Source: a virus
DNA: 64,000 bases
Reading direction: 5' to 3' (one strand)
Virus record (IMG/VR): IMGVR_UViG_3300030493_000012
Shown here: positions 47,136 through 57,240 of the stretch, in pieces
How positions within the stretch are numbered: the first letter of the stretch is position 1
Layout: each line of letters starts with the position of its first letter
Program-made: the position numbers and the translations under genes
The notes under the pieces: model-generated
What the model saw: only the letters and a program-made list of their open reading frames with translations
The model's database searches: none
Told to the model about the DNA's origin: nothing

Positions 47136-47678
47136 TTATAGTTCCAGCTTAAATAACACAACACCATTGCTGTCTTTTGGCCCAAGGAATTTTCCTACCT
47201 TGGTTGCGGTTGAAGCAGAATCACCAGTCACGCTAATTTCTGCATTGCTATTAAGATAAGCATTTGCACCAACTGTTACAGTGCCACCAACACCAGAATA
47301 AAGGAAAATACCTTTTGTTACAATATTGACGCCACAGCCAGAGATAATCCAGTTATTCTCAATTGCTTTGCGAGGATTGTAGATTAGTTTTTCGCCATTC
47401 TCGTCGGTCTCGCGTACATCGTACAGGAGCATACCGATTGCGGCATCACCAGTTCCGTTGCAAGCCGCCACTTGAGCAGGCAGACCCCAACGAACCGATT
47501 CAGTACCAGCGAAGTCGTAACCGGCAGTGCCTACGACAGAAGAGAATTGGTCAGCAGCAAATCCGCTTACAATTTTAACGAACGTACCGGCCTGCGCTGG
47601 CATAGTGCCTGAGTAACCGTACAGACCATTGATACAATCGTTTTCGTCAACTACGCGGAAGGGTTTAATTGTTGGCAT
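47136..47678 (-). CDS. putative capsid decoration / cement protein
   Basis: 180 aa and Gly-rich, between the scaffold and capsid genes, preceded by GTGTAACTA (47710-47718). Confidence 0.6.
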   Translation of the reverse strand: MPTIKPFRVVDENDCINGLYGYSGTMPAQAGTFVKIVSGFAADQFSSVVGTAGYDFAGTESVRWGLPAQVAACNGTGDAAIGMLLYDVRETDENGEKLIYNPRKAIENNWIISGCGVNIVTKGIFLYSGVGGTVTVGANAYLNSNAEISVTGDSASTATKVGKFLGPKDSNGVVLFKLEL

Positions 47679-47741
47679 ATATTTTTTCCTTATTATTTAT
47701 CGTTATAATTAGTTACACTGATTTTTTATTTTTTCCAATAA

Positions 47742-49274
47742 TTATTTGCTTTTTTGAACACAAGCATCGAAACTAAATGCTTTCTTGTATTTATTTTCAG
47801 TGGATTCCTGTGCTGTGGAACCATTTGGAATTGTTGGAGTTACAGGTGTGGCTGTTGCCAAGGCGGCTGCAACTACATCAGTTTTAACTTCCTCTTTTTT
47901 GGTTTCAACTGCCTTTTCAACCACTTTTTCAGTCACGACAGTTTCAGAAGCAATAGAAGCTTTTACTTTCTTATTACATTCACTTTCCTTCATTTCTTCC
48001 TCTTCCATCATTTTCTTGGCTTTCTTGGTCTTGTTTTTCATCAAAACCTTCATTTTCTTCGCATAAGCCTCAAATTGCTCATCAGTCATGTCTTTAATAT
48101 CAGCAACAATAATAGCCCGCTCTTCATTATCAAGTTCAAATTCCTCACTTAATGATTCCATGCGGCAGTTAAACTTTGTTTCTGCTTCTTGTGCATCTTT
48201 GGCGGCAACAAGCTCAGTTAGCTTCTTATTTACTTCATCTAGCTGCTTTTTCAAGGTTTCTTGGTCAGCGGCCAATGAAGAATTCTTGGTTTCTAGCTCT
48301 TTGATCTGATTTTCTTTGGCCACTTTCTCAGCTTCCCACTTTTCGTTGGCCTTTTTGATTTCAGAGTCAAACATGTCGGTAATCGAAGATGCAGTACATT
48401 CCTTAAGTGTTTCTTCGTTAAGTTCTTTGATGCTAGTAATTTTCATAATTTCTTTGTTAGTTATTACACTTGATTTATCTAAACTAATATTTTCTGATTC
48501 AATTTTTACTGATGCCTCTATTTCCAAAGGCTCGTCATTTGGCTTAATCAAAGCAATTCCTTTGACTTCGGCGGCTGGATTTTCAACTAATCCCATGCCA
48601 GCGGGAATCAAAAAGTCACCTTTAATGACTCTATATACATATTTACCATCTTTTTTGCCCGAACCGCCATTCATTAACAAGAAATCCTCAAATTTAGCTT
48701 TTTCAGCCTCGTCTGTTATGATTTGGCACTCATTTACATTTTTTGAGCCTATGGCAATGTCATAATCGTTATAATATAGCTCCCAGCTTGTAGATATTGA
48801 GCCATAAGAATCAGATGACTCATCTGCTGAATCCTCTAATTTCTGAATTAATTCCTCTGATAGCAAGGTTTTGTAAATAACTGTGGCATAAGCCATATTA
48901 AAAGGCTCATTTAGCTCGCTGGCTTGTTCTTCTGTCAATAATTCATTTGAGCCGAACTTACTATAGCCAGTATTACAAATAACACCACATATATTTGAGC
49001 GGTCGTGTGAAATGTCAAGCGGTTTTATGTAAAAGAATTTGTTAATAGCAATAGCTGTTTTTGCATCTAAAGAATCACCATTTGCGTTCATTCTGCCAGC
49101 TACAGCGCCATTAAAAACACAACCAATCAAATCAATATTCTTCTTCAAATCAATGTTTGAAGGAAAAAGGCTCTTTAAAGCATCTAAACTAGCTGTAGCC
49201 AACAGTTTATCTATCTCGTCATGGTAAACTTTGGTTATTTTACCGCTAAATGATGTCTTGTATTTAAAAGGCAT
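47742..49274 (-). CDS. prohead protease fused to a coiled-coil scaffold
   Basis: N-terminal NANGD, KPLDISHDR..ICG, STSWEL, G.GLVENPAAEVKG; acidic/basic coiled-coil C-terminal half. Confidence 0.75.
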   Translation of the reverse strand: MPFKYKTSFSGKITKVYHDEIDKLLATASLDALKSLFPSNIDLKKNIDLIGCVFNGAVAGRMNANGDSLDAKTAIAINKFFYIKPLDISHDRSNICGVICNTGYSKFGSNELLTEEQASELNEPFNMAYATVIYKTLLSEELIQKLEDSADESSDSYGSISTSWELYYNDYDIAIGSKNVNECQIITDEAEKAKFEDFLLMNGGSGKKDGKYVYRVIKGDFLIPAGMGLVENPAAEVKGIALIKPNDEPLEIEASVKIESENISLDKSSVITNKEIMKITSIKELNEETLKECTASSITDMFDSEIKKANEKWEAEKVAKENQIKELETKNSSLAADQETLKKQLDEVNKKLTELVAAKDAQEAETKFNCRMESLSEEFELDNEERAIIVADIKDMTDEQFEAYAKKMKVLMKNKTKKAKKMMEEEEMKESECNKKVKASIASETVVTEKVVEKAVETKKEEVKTDVVAAALATATPVTPTIPNGSTAQESTENKYKKAFSFDACVQKSK

Positions 49275-49275
49275 C

Positions 49276-49662
49276 TTATTTTTTGGTTAAATCAACCTCT
49301 GCAATTCTACCTTGGCGGCTGGCATATACTGTCACAAGTGGCTTAACATCAAAATCTTCTGACAAACCACATTTATCAAGAACTTTTTTTAATTGAGTTG
49401 CGGTCAGCTTTGGCAAGTGTCCAATTGTATGTTCGTATTGAACTTCTTGCAGCCTGTCCATATATTTCCAAACATTATCAATCATTTGGTACATATAACT
49501 ATAAGCCTCATACAAATCCTCTTTTGAACACATTTCCTCTTCCTTCTCTTCGCCTTCTGGCTCTGCCATATCATCAGCCTTGGCAACAGGAAGTTTAGCC
49601 TGAATTTTGGCTTGAAGTTCAGTAATCTTGGCTTGTAATTCTTTGAGTTCTTCTAGTTTCAT
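49276..49662 (-). CDS. hypothetical head-module protein
   Basis: 128 aa, preceded by GTGTAATTA (49690-49698), 1 nt before the protease start. Confidence 0.6.
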   Translation of the reverse strand: MKLEELKELQAKITELQAKIQAKLPVAKADDMAEPEGEEKEEEMCSKEDLYEAYSYMYQMIDNVWKYMDRLQEVQYEHTIGHLPKLTATQLKKVLDKCGLSEDFDVKPLVTVYASRQGRIAEVDLTKK

Positions 49663-49692
49663 AGCTATAAAATAAAAATATCTAATTGTTAA

Positions 49693-50562
49693 TTACACCT
49701 TACTTAATAAAAACTCTAGCTTTTCTTCAATTGAAGCAATTTTCATGTCTATGATTGTGAAGGCGTGAGTTATTAAAATTTCCTGATTTTTGGCGTTTGG
49801 TAGAATGATTGGCAACTGAATATTTGGTGTAAAATCTGAATAAATTTCGTAACCAACAGCAGTTTTCGATTCTCCTGTATAAGTTCCATTAATAATTAGC
49901 TCCCACTTATTAACAGACAAATCTCCTTGTTTTAGCCCGCTTGGTATAACTGAATCAACTAAAATCAAACTCTCTTTTTCTGAATTAACAACATTTCGGA
50001 CTGTCACTTCTATAAATTTCTTTTGTGGTATGGCGTTATATTCAATATCCAAAACAGCACCAGAACCAGAGCCTCCTTCCATCATTCCAACTTGAGGATA
50101 ATTCAAATAAATACCCTTTTCGACTAATCCTATTCTTTGAATTTCACCATTTTCGGAAACTTGGTTAACTTTAATCTGAGTTACTTTTGTTTGGTTATCA
50201 AACTTACTTAGTGCCAAAACGCCACCCGCCACAGTTAAAACATCACCAACTTTATAATTTGAACCAGCATTTTTTATACTGTTAACTGTTAATAATTCGT
50301 ATTCGTTGTAAGTTAAAATAGCTTTGTCGCCTCTGAATATCTCAGCCCCACAGTTGCCTTTTATTTTGATTTGAAATTCATTTAAAACCTCAAATTTCTG
50401 GCTATAAGACAAAGGATTTGTTTTAATTACCTGATAAAAACAGGAATCGGAGCTAAATTTGATAAAACTACCTTTTTTAACAGATTGCCAAGAAGCAGAA
50501 GAGTCGCTTATTACTCTGCTTGAATCTTTACTTATAGAACAAGTGCCTATCGAATTTTTCAT
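49693..50562 (-). CDS. putative virion structural protein
   Basis: Beta-rich, with YKVGDVLTVAGG and GGSGSGAVLDI motifs; downstream of the fibre gene. Confidence 0.5.
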   Translation of the reverse strand: MKNSIGTCSISKDSSRVISDSSASWQSVKKGSFIKFSSDSCFYQVIKTNPLSYSQKFEVLNEFQIKIKGNCGAEIFRGDKAILTYNEYELLTVNSIKNAGSNYKVGDVLTVAGGVLALSKFDNQTKVTQIKVNQVSENGEIQRIGLVEKGIYLNYPQVGMMEGGSGSGAVLDIEYNAIPQKKFIEVTVRNVVNSEKESLILVDSVIPSGLKQGDLSVNKWELIINGTYTGESKTAVGYEIYSDFTPNIQLPIILPNAKNQEILITHAFTIIDMKIASIEEKLEFLLSKV

Positions 50563-50565
50563 ACT

Positions 50566-53500
50566 TTACCAAGTTGCAAAAGCCGCTCTACCCCAAGCAT
50601 TTACGCCCGTGCAGCAATATAAGAAGCCGCCGCTTACTGCTAATTGACCAACTGTACCCATCGTGTTATAAGCAGAAGGAACATTTCGATTAATTTCCAA
50701 GTGCATTGAGCCGCCAGTAATAAACACACCGGAATAAAAATTCAAATAACAGCTATCATCTCTGATTGATACCTTGTTTGTGGTTCGGCTATCTGCTAAA
50801 TAAGTTACTCCGTTATGTGAGACGGCAATAGAATTTCCTCTAATTAAAGCATTTGAGCCTGTAATTGAAGAGTTTGTGCCGTTTAATATTGTAACATATT
50901 CACCAGTCCCAATTAAATGAGCCAGACCATTAACAATGGTAGAATGATGGCCGGTTTGAATTACATTGTTTTGGCCATTAAGAATTGTATTATAAATTCT
51001 TGTTCCTTCTAGCGCGGTTGGTGAAATTTGGTTATTAGAGCCGTTCGGCACTGCTGAATGGTAAGCATTAACAACAGATAAATAACTAGAAACAGCATTA
51101 GAATAAACACCACTAATTAAATTAGTGCTACCAGCGCCGATAAAAGCGCCCATTGACAGAGCTTCGCTTGAAGCAATTTCATTTGAATCGCCACCGCAAA
51201 TAACTGATAATCCAGCTTGTGATATGGTGTTTCCATTGCCACCAAGAATTGATGCGTAATTTTCAGCCAAATCTTTAATTACATTACCATCACCGCCACC
51301 AATAACGCTATAAAGACAAGAGCCGCTAATTATATTGCTTCCGCCACCACCAATGAAGCTGTAATTCGAGCTAGAATTTATTAAATTAGTATCACCGCCG
51401 CCGATTACAGAATAAGTAGCTAATGCTGAATTACTTGCGCCACCTAATATTGCAGAATTTGATTCCACGCTATTGGTAAATCCGCCAGCAACAACTCCGT
51501 AATTTGGTGTCGCAGTATTGGCGGAAACTATATTTCCACCTCCACCGCCGATAAAACCATGATTTACACCAGTTTGTATTGAGTTTAATTGGCCACCGCA
51601 AACAACACCATGACTTCCACTAATTACGTTTCCTTGCCCTCCACCAATAAAACTATACGCACCTGTTATGTAATTAGCGCCACCACCTAAAATTCCGCCG
51701 TTATTGGAGCCAATCGTATTGGCCAAACCGCCACCAATAGTAGAATATTGCCCAAGAGTTATTTTATTGGTAAGACCACCAACAATAACTCCATAATTTG
51801 CCGTAATAGAATTTGTATTTCCATTGCCAACAAAAGAATATGTTCCTTTAATTGTATTACTTGCTCCACCAACAACGCTTGCAAAAGCGGCTAACGCTTT
51901 GTTCGTGCTTCCGCCAACCACAATTGTTGCATTGTTTGTTGCGTTTCCAGAAGCCAAATTGCTTTGACCGCCACCAACGAAAGAACCTATACCAGCAGCG
52001 ATATTGGCATTACCGCCACAAACTACAGAATAATAACTGTGAGCGTTATTATATCCAGTGATTAAGTTTGTATCGCCGCCACCAATGACGGAATGTGTAT
52101 TTGAAGCGCTTCCCATTTTGTTGGTTGCGCCACCGCCAATAAAACAGTAATTTGAACCTTGTCCGATATAGTTATTTTCACCGCAACCAATGATTGAAGA
52201 TATTCTATTAGTATTGATTGTATTTTGGTATCCGGCAACGATGCTTGAATAAATAGCTGAAACACCACCTTCTAACATATTACTTTTTCCAGCCAAAATC
52301 GAACCATAAGAGCCTGAAATTATATTGCCTTCACCAGCGCCAATGAATGATTTTGACGCCAAACTAGTAACTTTATTGTTCAAACCACCAACCACAACGC
52401 CATAATCATTAGTTACAGAATTGCCTTGTCCAGCACCAACAAAACAATAAGAAATAGTTGACGAACCACTTATAATGTTTGAATTGCCACCGCCAATAAA
52501 TCCATAACTAGAATTTCTTTCAACATTGTTTTCGCCAGCCACAATTGCGGACGAAATTCCAGAAGAAGAATTATTCTTACCAGCGCCGATAAACATAAAA
52601 ACGCCAGATTCGGCATTTTGATGACCGCCAATTAAAACAGAACCAGAAGAGGAATAAATTCGATTATTATAACCGCCACCTATAAAATTACCGGGATTTG
52701 AATCTGTTTCATCAGTCAAAAGATTTATAATTGAGTTAGTGCTGCCGCCACCAATCATTGATTGTTTAGATGTAACAGTATTATTATCACCGCAAACAAC
52801 TGATGTTTCAACGCCGCTGGCTATATTTGTATTTCCAGCGCCAATAAAGGAGTGGCCGCCAGCAGTATCATAAATAATGTTTGATTCGCCAGCTATAATA
52901 CAAGAATTATCACCAACTAAATAATTATCATAACCGCCACCAATCATTGACCTTGCTCCACTTACTCTGTTCTGAAACCCGCCAACAACTGTTGCGCTCG
53001 GCCCGTTGATTACAGTATTGGAATGTCCACCAACAATAGTACAATATTCTCCTTCTGTGATGGTATTAGAAAGACCGCCGCCAATAAATCCAAAATCATC
53101 CTTAATCTGATTTGTACTACCGCCAAGAATAGAAGAGTTAGTGTTTCCTACGATTTTATTTGATTGACCGCCTATAATTAATGAATAATCAGAGTCTCCA
53201 GAGATAAAATTAAGTCTTCCAGCGCCAATAATTGCATGGTCACTTAATGAAGAAATTCGATTTCCAGTTCCGCCTAAAATTACTGTATATGCGCCACTTA
53301 CATAATTATTTGAACCGGCTAAAATACCAGCAAATAATCCATTAGCCTCATTTACTTCATAATTGCCACCAATAATCTTTTGAGCTACCAAAGTTCCACT
53401 TCTGACAGCTAAATAACCACCTGTAACCAATAACCCGCCACTAAACACATGAAAACGAGCATAAGATTCACCTAAAGTTCCGCCAATAACTGGAGCATTA

Positions 53501-53649
53501 GAATTACTTAAGAAATCACCACTGTAAATACTTCCGAGAATATTGCCTTGTGAGATTTTATAATTTTGACCACCATCAACTACAGGATAAATTGTAGCGT
53601 CGGTGCTTACTCCTAATTCCGTTAAATTTGTAATTGAACTATCTGCCAT
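50566..53649 (-). CDS. Gly/Asn-rich repeat tail fibre or spike (beta-solenoid-like)
   Basis: Dozens of imperfect (I/V)GGGxxN.I repeats; C-terminal GQLAVSGGFLYCCTGVNAWGRAAF is typical of phage fibre ends. Confidence 0.7.
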   Translation of the reverse strand: MADSSITNLTELGVSTDATIYPVVDGGQNYKISQGNILGSIYSGDFLSNSNAPVIGGTLGESYARFHVFSGGLLVTGGYLAVRSGTLVAQKIIGGNYEVNEANGLFAGILAGSNNYVSGAYTVILGGTGNRISSLSDHAIIGAGRLNFISGDSDYSLIIGGQSNKIVGNTNSSILGGSTNQIKDDFGFIGGGLSNTITEGEYCTIVGGHSNTVINGPSATVVGGFQNRVSGARSMIGGGYDNYLVGDNSCIIAGESNIIYDTAGGHSFIGAGNTNIASGVETSVVCGDNNTVTSKQSMIGGGSTNSIINLLTDETDSNPGNFIGGGYNNRIYSSSGSVLIGGHQNAESGVFMFIGAGKNNSSSGISSAIVAGENNVERNSSYGFIGGGNSNIISGSSTISYCFVGAGQGNSVTNDYGVVVGGLNNKVTSLASKSFIGAGEGNIISGSYGSILAGKSNMLEGGVSAIYSSIVAGYQNTINTNRISSIIGCGENNYIGQGSNYCFIGGGATNKMGSASNTHSVIGGGDTNLITGYNNAHSYYSVVCGGNANIAAGIGSFVGGGQSNLASGNATNNATIVVGGSTNKALAAFASVVGGASNTIKGTYSFVGNGNTNSITANYGVIVGGLTNKITLGQYSTIGGGLANTIGSNNGGILGGGANYITGAYSFIGGGQGNVISGSHGVVCGGQLNSIQTGVNHGFIGGGGGNIVSANTATPNYGVVAGGFTNSVESNSAILGGASNSALATYSVIGGGDTNLINSSSNYSFIGGGGSNIISGSCLYSVIGGGDGNVIKDLAENYASILGGNGNTISQAGLSVICGGDSNEIASSEALSMGAFIGAGSTNLISGVYSNAVSSYLSVVNAYHSAVPNGSNNQISPTALEGTRIYNTILNGQNNVIQTGHHSTIVNGLAHLIGTGEYVTILNGTNSSITGSNALIRGNSIAVSHNGVTYLADSRTTNKVSIRDDSCYLNFYSGVFITGGSMHLEINRNVPSAYNTMGTVGQLAVSGGFLYCCTGVNAWGRAAFATW

Positions 53650-53682
53650 ATTATGCCTTATTCCTTGTGCTTAATTACACCG

Positions 53683-55098
53683 CTAATATAAAAGTTGGTA
53701 GTTATCGTACAACATAAACTTGCTTGAATTATCCTCTTGTAAAAGGTAATCTCCACTTTCTTGTGTCAAAAATCCTGCAAAAACTTGGTCAGAAAATCCT
53801 GTTGATGTATTCAAAAGTCCGCTAATAAACAAACCTTTAGAATAATCATCTAAATCAATTTCTGTAGCAAAGTTTAGTGTGGCCACCATATTTGAACCAA
53901 CCCCAACTGAAAAATCCGAAGATATAAATTTACAGCCTTTAATGTCGTATCTAACACCAATGCCTTCTTGATAATAAGTTGGATTTTCAAGCTTGATGGC
54001 CAAATCATAATATTCGTTCTTTTCATTAAGCCGAGCTAATGAGCCTGTCATTAATTCGTTAGCTAAAATTCCAAATGAACAAGTTACTGGAACTGGAAAC
54101 TTAATTGGCCTATCTGCTGGAAATCTATGCCCAATTTGATTAATTTCTTCTCTTGGCAAATTCAAATCTAACGTATATCCTTGAATTGCAAGGTTTTCAA
54201 TGTTTAACAGCAAATCTTTTGAGCTAGAATTATTAGAAGCAACTACTCCTGTGCCATTAATAGCATTTAAATCATGTCTTGGTCTTGAAGTTAAATCAAT
54301 TTTAATATCACCGGGCAATAAAAGCGGAACTAAACTCATTTTATTAACAGAAGGTATGGCAAAATGCATACCGCTGATACTTTCTGCTGTTTTATTGTTT
54401 ATCGCCGGAACGACACAGCCGCTTCCGCTTGATAGATATTCAACATTATAGCACGAAAATGAAACGCTAACTGCTGGAGCCGCACCAACCTCTCCTTTGG
54501 CAGAATAAGAGTTCAAATAACTATTTCCAAAGGCGAAAACGCCATAATTTGGACTATCTGGAGCTATTTGTTCTTGTCCGGTGCTAAAATTATTTAAATC
54601 ATAACCCTCTTGCCTTACCGCCACAAAGAAATTGCGACAATCTCGGTTTTTGAAAGGCCATCTGATTGGATTAATTTCTCTGTCTTCGGTTCTGTCTAAG
54701 AATCCGCTAATACAACACACACCATAATTATTGCTATAATAAGGAGCGTCATTTAAAAAAGGTTGTGCGTAATTGCAATAAAACCCAAGCCTTAATTCAT
54801 TCAAAATACCAGCCTGAACATAATCAAAACTCAAATTTACAGTTGGCGCAAAAATTGGCTGGCTATCTAAAGAAGCTTTTTTGCCTACAGCCTGTTGTGC
54901 AACTCTATTTGTTTGAATTGAATAGCCTACCGACTGAATTCTGTTGATTTCCTTTAATAGATTATAATTAGCGCCAGAACCATGAGAACTTGAAACCGAA
55001 TCGTTCAAAACTCCTAAATCATTAATAAAATGATAGCCAGTACAAGGTGCTGGCCCAGCAAATACTCCTAAAGTATTGTATATGATGCGATTACGCAT
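53683..55098 (-). CDS. tail-tube-like paralogue of the 383-aa major tail protein
   Basis: MRNRIIYNTLGVFAGPAPCTGYHF versus MARNRTIYQSEAVYVGPSPATGYHF. Shared RIQS, FGN..L.SYS.G.VG, LLPGDI and IQ.Y..D.NL.R motifs. ATG 55098 overlaps the portal stop. Confidence 0.7.
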   Translation of the reverse strand: MRNRIIYNTLGVFAGPAPCTGYHFINDLGVLNDSVSSSHGSGANYNLLKEINRIQSVGYSIQTNRVAQQAVGKKASLDSQPIFAPTVNLSFDYVQAGILNELRLGFYCNYAQPFLNDAPYYSNNYGVCCISGFLDRTEDREINPIRWPFKNRDCRNFFVAVRQEGYDLNNFSTGQEQIAPDSPNYGVFAFGNSYLNSYSAKGEVGAAPAVSVSFSCYNVEYLSSGSGCVVPAINNKTAESISGMHFAIPSVNKMSLVPLLLPGDIKIDLTSRPRHDLNAINGTGVVASNNSSSKDLLLNIENLAIQGYTLDLNLPREEINQIGHRFPADRPIKFPVPVTCSFGILANELMTGSLARLNEKNEYYDLAIKLENPTYYQEGIGVRYDIKGCKFISSDFSVGVGSNMVATLNFATEIDLDDYSKGLFISGLLNTSTGFSDQVFAGFLTQESGDYLLQEDNSSKFMLYDNYQLLY

Positions 55099-57134
55099 TA
55101 TTTTTTGCTCCAATAAAGGAGTGAGGCTGTATAATCATCTAATTGAAACTCATAAGCCAAACCTTGAATTTCTTTTACTCTGTCTGGATTTTTGTCCAAA
55201 GGTTTTTCAAGATATTCTGGCATTTTAGAGGCCCAGCTTTGAACTTCCTCGTTTGCAATAATGCAAGCGGCAATATCTTCTGCTACTTCGTTTTGTTCGT
55301 CACTTAATTTCTTTAATTTGAATTTTTTCTTTAAAGAAGTCTTAATTTCAGCCATTAACATATCGGCAGCTTTAATGTTATCAGTTAATTTTTTCAAACT
55401 GTATTCATCGCTGCCGCCCAAAGGCTTAATTTTCTTGGTTGTTTGAGGGGCTGGTGTGCCCGATGGCCTGCCATTCACCTTGGCAGAATCTTCTTCTTTC
55501 TTTACGCCGCCAATTAAAGGTTCATAGAATCCTTTGTCTTTATATTCAACAAATTTAGCCTGATTTTCCAAAGACTCTTCTGGATTTGGTAATTTGTAAG
55601 TGTTTATGGCTTCGATAGTTTCGGATGGCGTTAAAATACCAATTTCGGCTAGACGAGTATAAATACGCGCATAATCAATTTCATCTTTGAGCCTAATTTC
55701 TTGAAAATCTGGCTTTGGATAGGTTTTGAAGCCTAATTCTTTGCTAATTCTTTTAATTTCAGGAATCAAAAACTCGTCTTTGAAGATTTCTCTTGCTTGG
55801 CGCAGTCTTTCAACAAAGATTTCAACTGATATTGATTTATTGGAGTATTTTTCGCCACTTGTATTGCCGCTAATGATGTTATTTAGGCCAATAGCAATAT
55901 CTCTGTCCAACACTTCATACTTTTTGGGGTCTAAAATATCACCGATTTCAGGAATAACGAACTTTGCATCGGTAGTAAAATCAGCCACCAGAACACGACC
56001 AACACTTTGGTTTTCAAAGATTGTTTTTAGTGCTTCGATGTTTTTAGCGTTAACTGTATAGTCGCCATTTTTGCTTTCATAGCCAGTTTTGACCAAAAGA
56101 ACAACCTGTTGCATGGTTCGACAAATCTGAGCGTCCATGCGTTTCATTTCTTCTTTTCTATTAATGTCATCCAATACGCAATAACCTAAAGGCACAGCAA
56201 AAGGCTCATAATCCTGTTTATTATAGGCCACATAGTACAAATCCTTCTTACTTAAAGGCATTAAAATTGAAGTCGAAACCTTTTCTTTGATTTGTTTTTT
56301 TACTTCTGGCGCTAATGAGTCAAAAATTCGTTTGTCTTCATCTGTTTTAGCCTCACGAAGCCTTTGAACCTCATAATCAGTTAATTCTTTGTAAAGGACT
56401 GGTGCTAAAAAGGTCGTGGAGCCGCCCATTAAAATATCTGTGGGATTTAAGACAATGTATTTTGATGGAATGTTGTAAGTAGCTCCTTCTGAAAGACTTG
56501 CGCCATATTCTTTGGTTATTTCATTAACTGCATTATCATTAAGTTTGACATTCAGAGTATAGGTAAAAACATTACAAGACCTAAATAATTCACGGAAAAA
56601 CTGTCTTTGAAAGCCATTCATATTAATAGCTTTGAAATAACTATCAAAGAAATCGCGTGTTTTTTTGTTGCCTTTTGTCAGATAGATTGGCCCAGAGGCA
56701 AATTCGACCATCAAATCAATGATGTTTCGATAGATTGAGAAATTGTAATAGCATTTTTGGCACAGCAAAACAGCGTCTTTAATACTAACATAAGTATTGC
56801 CACCGTAATCACTTTTACTAAAAGGAGCAATGCCATCGGCGATATTTTGAAATCTATGTGCTGGCTCGGTAATTGCCGACTTGTTACCTCTCGTTGAGGC
56901 TTTTGTCATTTTAACGCCTTCAAACAAATCAACAGAAACAGGCTCGGTTCCTTGGTTTAGTTTAACTAACGGATTTGGCGCTGGTTGAGCCGCCAAAGCA
57001 ACTTGGACATCTCTTATAACCACTTTACCATCAACAACCTCGGCGTTTGGAATTTTACCAGCCTTGTAGTGCCTCCATGCTGTTGTAAAGGAAACTCCTT
57101 TTTCGTTTGCGTATTGACCCAAAGACTTGTTCAT
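55098..57134 (-). CDS. portal protein with N-terminal IS607/MerR-type HTH extension
   Basis: Portal-like core (YRNIIDLM.EF, FFRELFRS.NVF, PLG..VL.DI..K, YTRLAEIGILTPSETIE) near terL. N-terminus SLGQYANEKGVSFTTAWRHYKAGKIP. Confidence 0.8.
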   Translation of the reverse strand: MNKSLGQYANEKGVSFTTAWRHYKAGKIPNAEVVDGKVVIRDVQVALAAQPAPNPLVKLNQGTEPVSVDLFEGVKMTKASTRGNKSAITEPAHRFQNIADGIAPFSKSDYGGNTYVSIKDAVLLCQKCYYNFSIYRNIIDLMVEFASGPIYLTKGNKKTRDFFDSYFKAINMNGFQRQFFRELFRSCNVFTYTLNVKLNDNAVNEITKEYGASLSEGATYNIPSKYIVLNPTDILMGGSTTFLAPVLYKELTDYEVQRLREAKTDEDKRIFDSLAPEVKKQIKEKVSTSILMPLSKKDLYYVAYNKQDYEPFAVPLGYCVLDDINRKEEMKRMDAQICRTMQQVVLLVKTGYESKNGDYTVNAKNIEALKTIFENQSVGRVLVADFTTDAKFVIPEIGDILDPKKYEVLDRDIAIGLNNIISGNTSGEKYSNKSISVEIFVERLRQAREIFKDEFLIPEIKRISKELGFKTYPKPDFQEIRLKDEIDYARIYTRLAEIGILTPSETIEAINTYKLPNPEESLENQAKFVEYKDKGFYEPLIGGVKKEEDSAKVNGRPSGTPAPQTTKKIKPLGGSDEYSLKKLTDNIKAADMLMAEIKTSLKKKFKLKKLSDEQNEVAEDIAACIIANEEVQSWASKMPEYLEKPLDKNPDRVKEIQGLAYEFQLDDYTASLLYWSKK

Positions 57135-57139
57135 GCAAG

Positions 57140-57200
57140 TATTTACACTTAATTTTCACTTTTGAAAATTGAATTTTCATTTTCTGACTTTTGGTGTAAT
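57140..57200. promoter_or_regulatory. divergent late-motif pair (GTGTAAATA on -, GTGTAATG on +) flanking AT-rich inverted repeats
   Basis: TATTTACAC at 57140-57148, 5 nt from the portal ATG; GTGTAAT at 57194-57200; AATTTTCA-cttt-TGAAAATT at 57151-57170. Confidence 0.55.
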
Positions 57201-57240
57201 GTTTAGTGGATAGATAAATAAACAATCATAACTAAAACTT

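Noticed and set aside
46008-47678. Elevated GC in the capsid and decoration genes as a sign of horizontal transfer
   Set aside because: It is more simply explained by codon bias and Ala/Gly content of highly expressed structural genes; these are core genes in normal synteny.
395-51570. Isolated GTGTAA/TTACAC hexamers inside coding regions (e.g. near 398, 22226, 24037, 26961, 39924, 43355, 51561)
   Set aside because: The hexamer alone is expected often in AT-rich DNA. Only longer matches located just upstream of start codons were counted as promoter candidates.
50566-53649. Repetitive DNA as a possible CRISPR array or DGR template/variable repeat
   Set aside because: The repeats are degenerate, in-frame protein repeats. 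There are no identical direct repeats with spacers, no adenine-specific mismatch pair was seen, and no reverse transcriptase is in the window.
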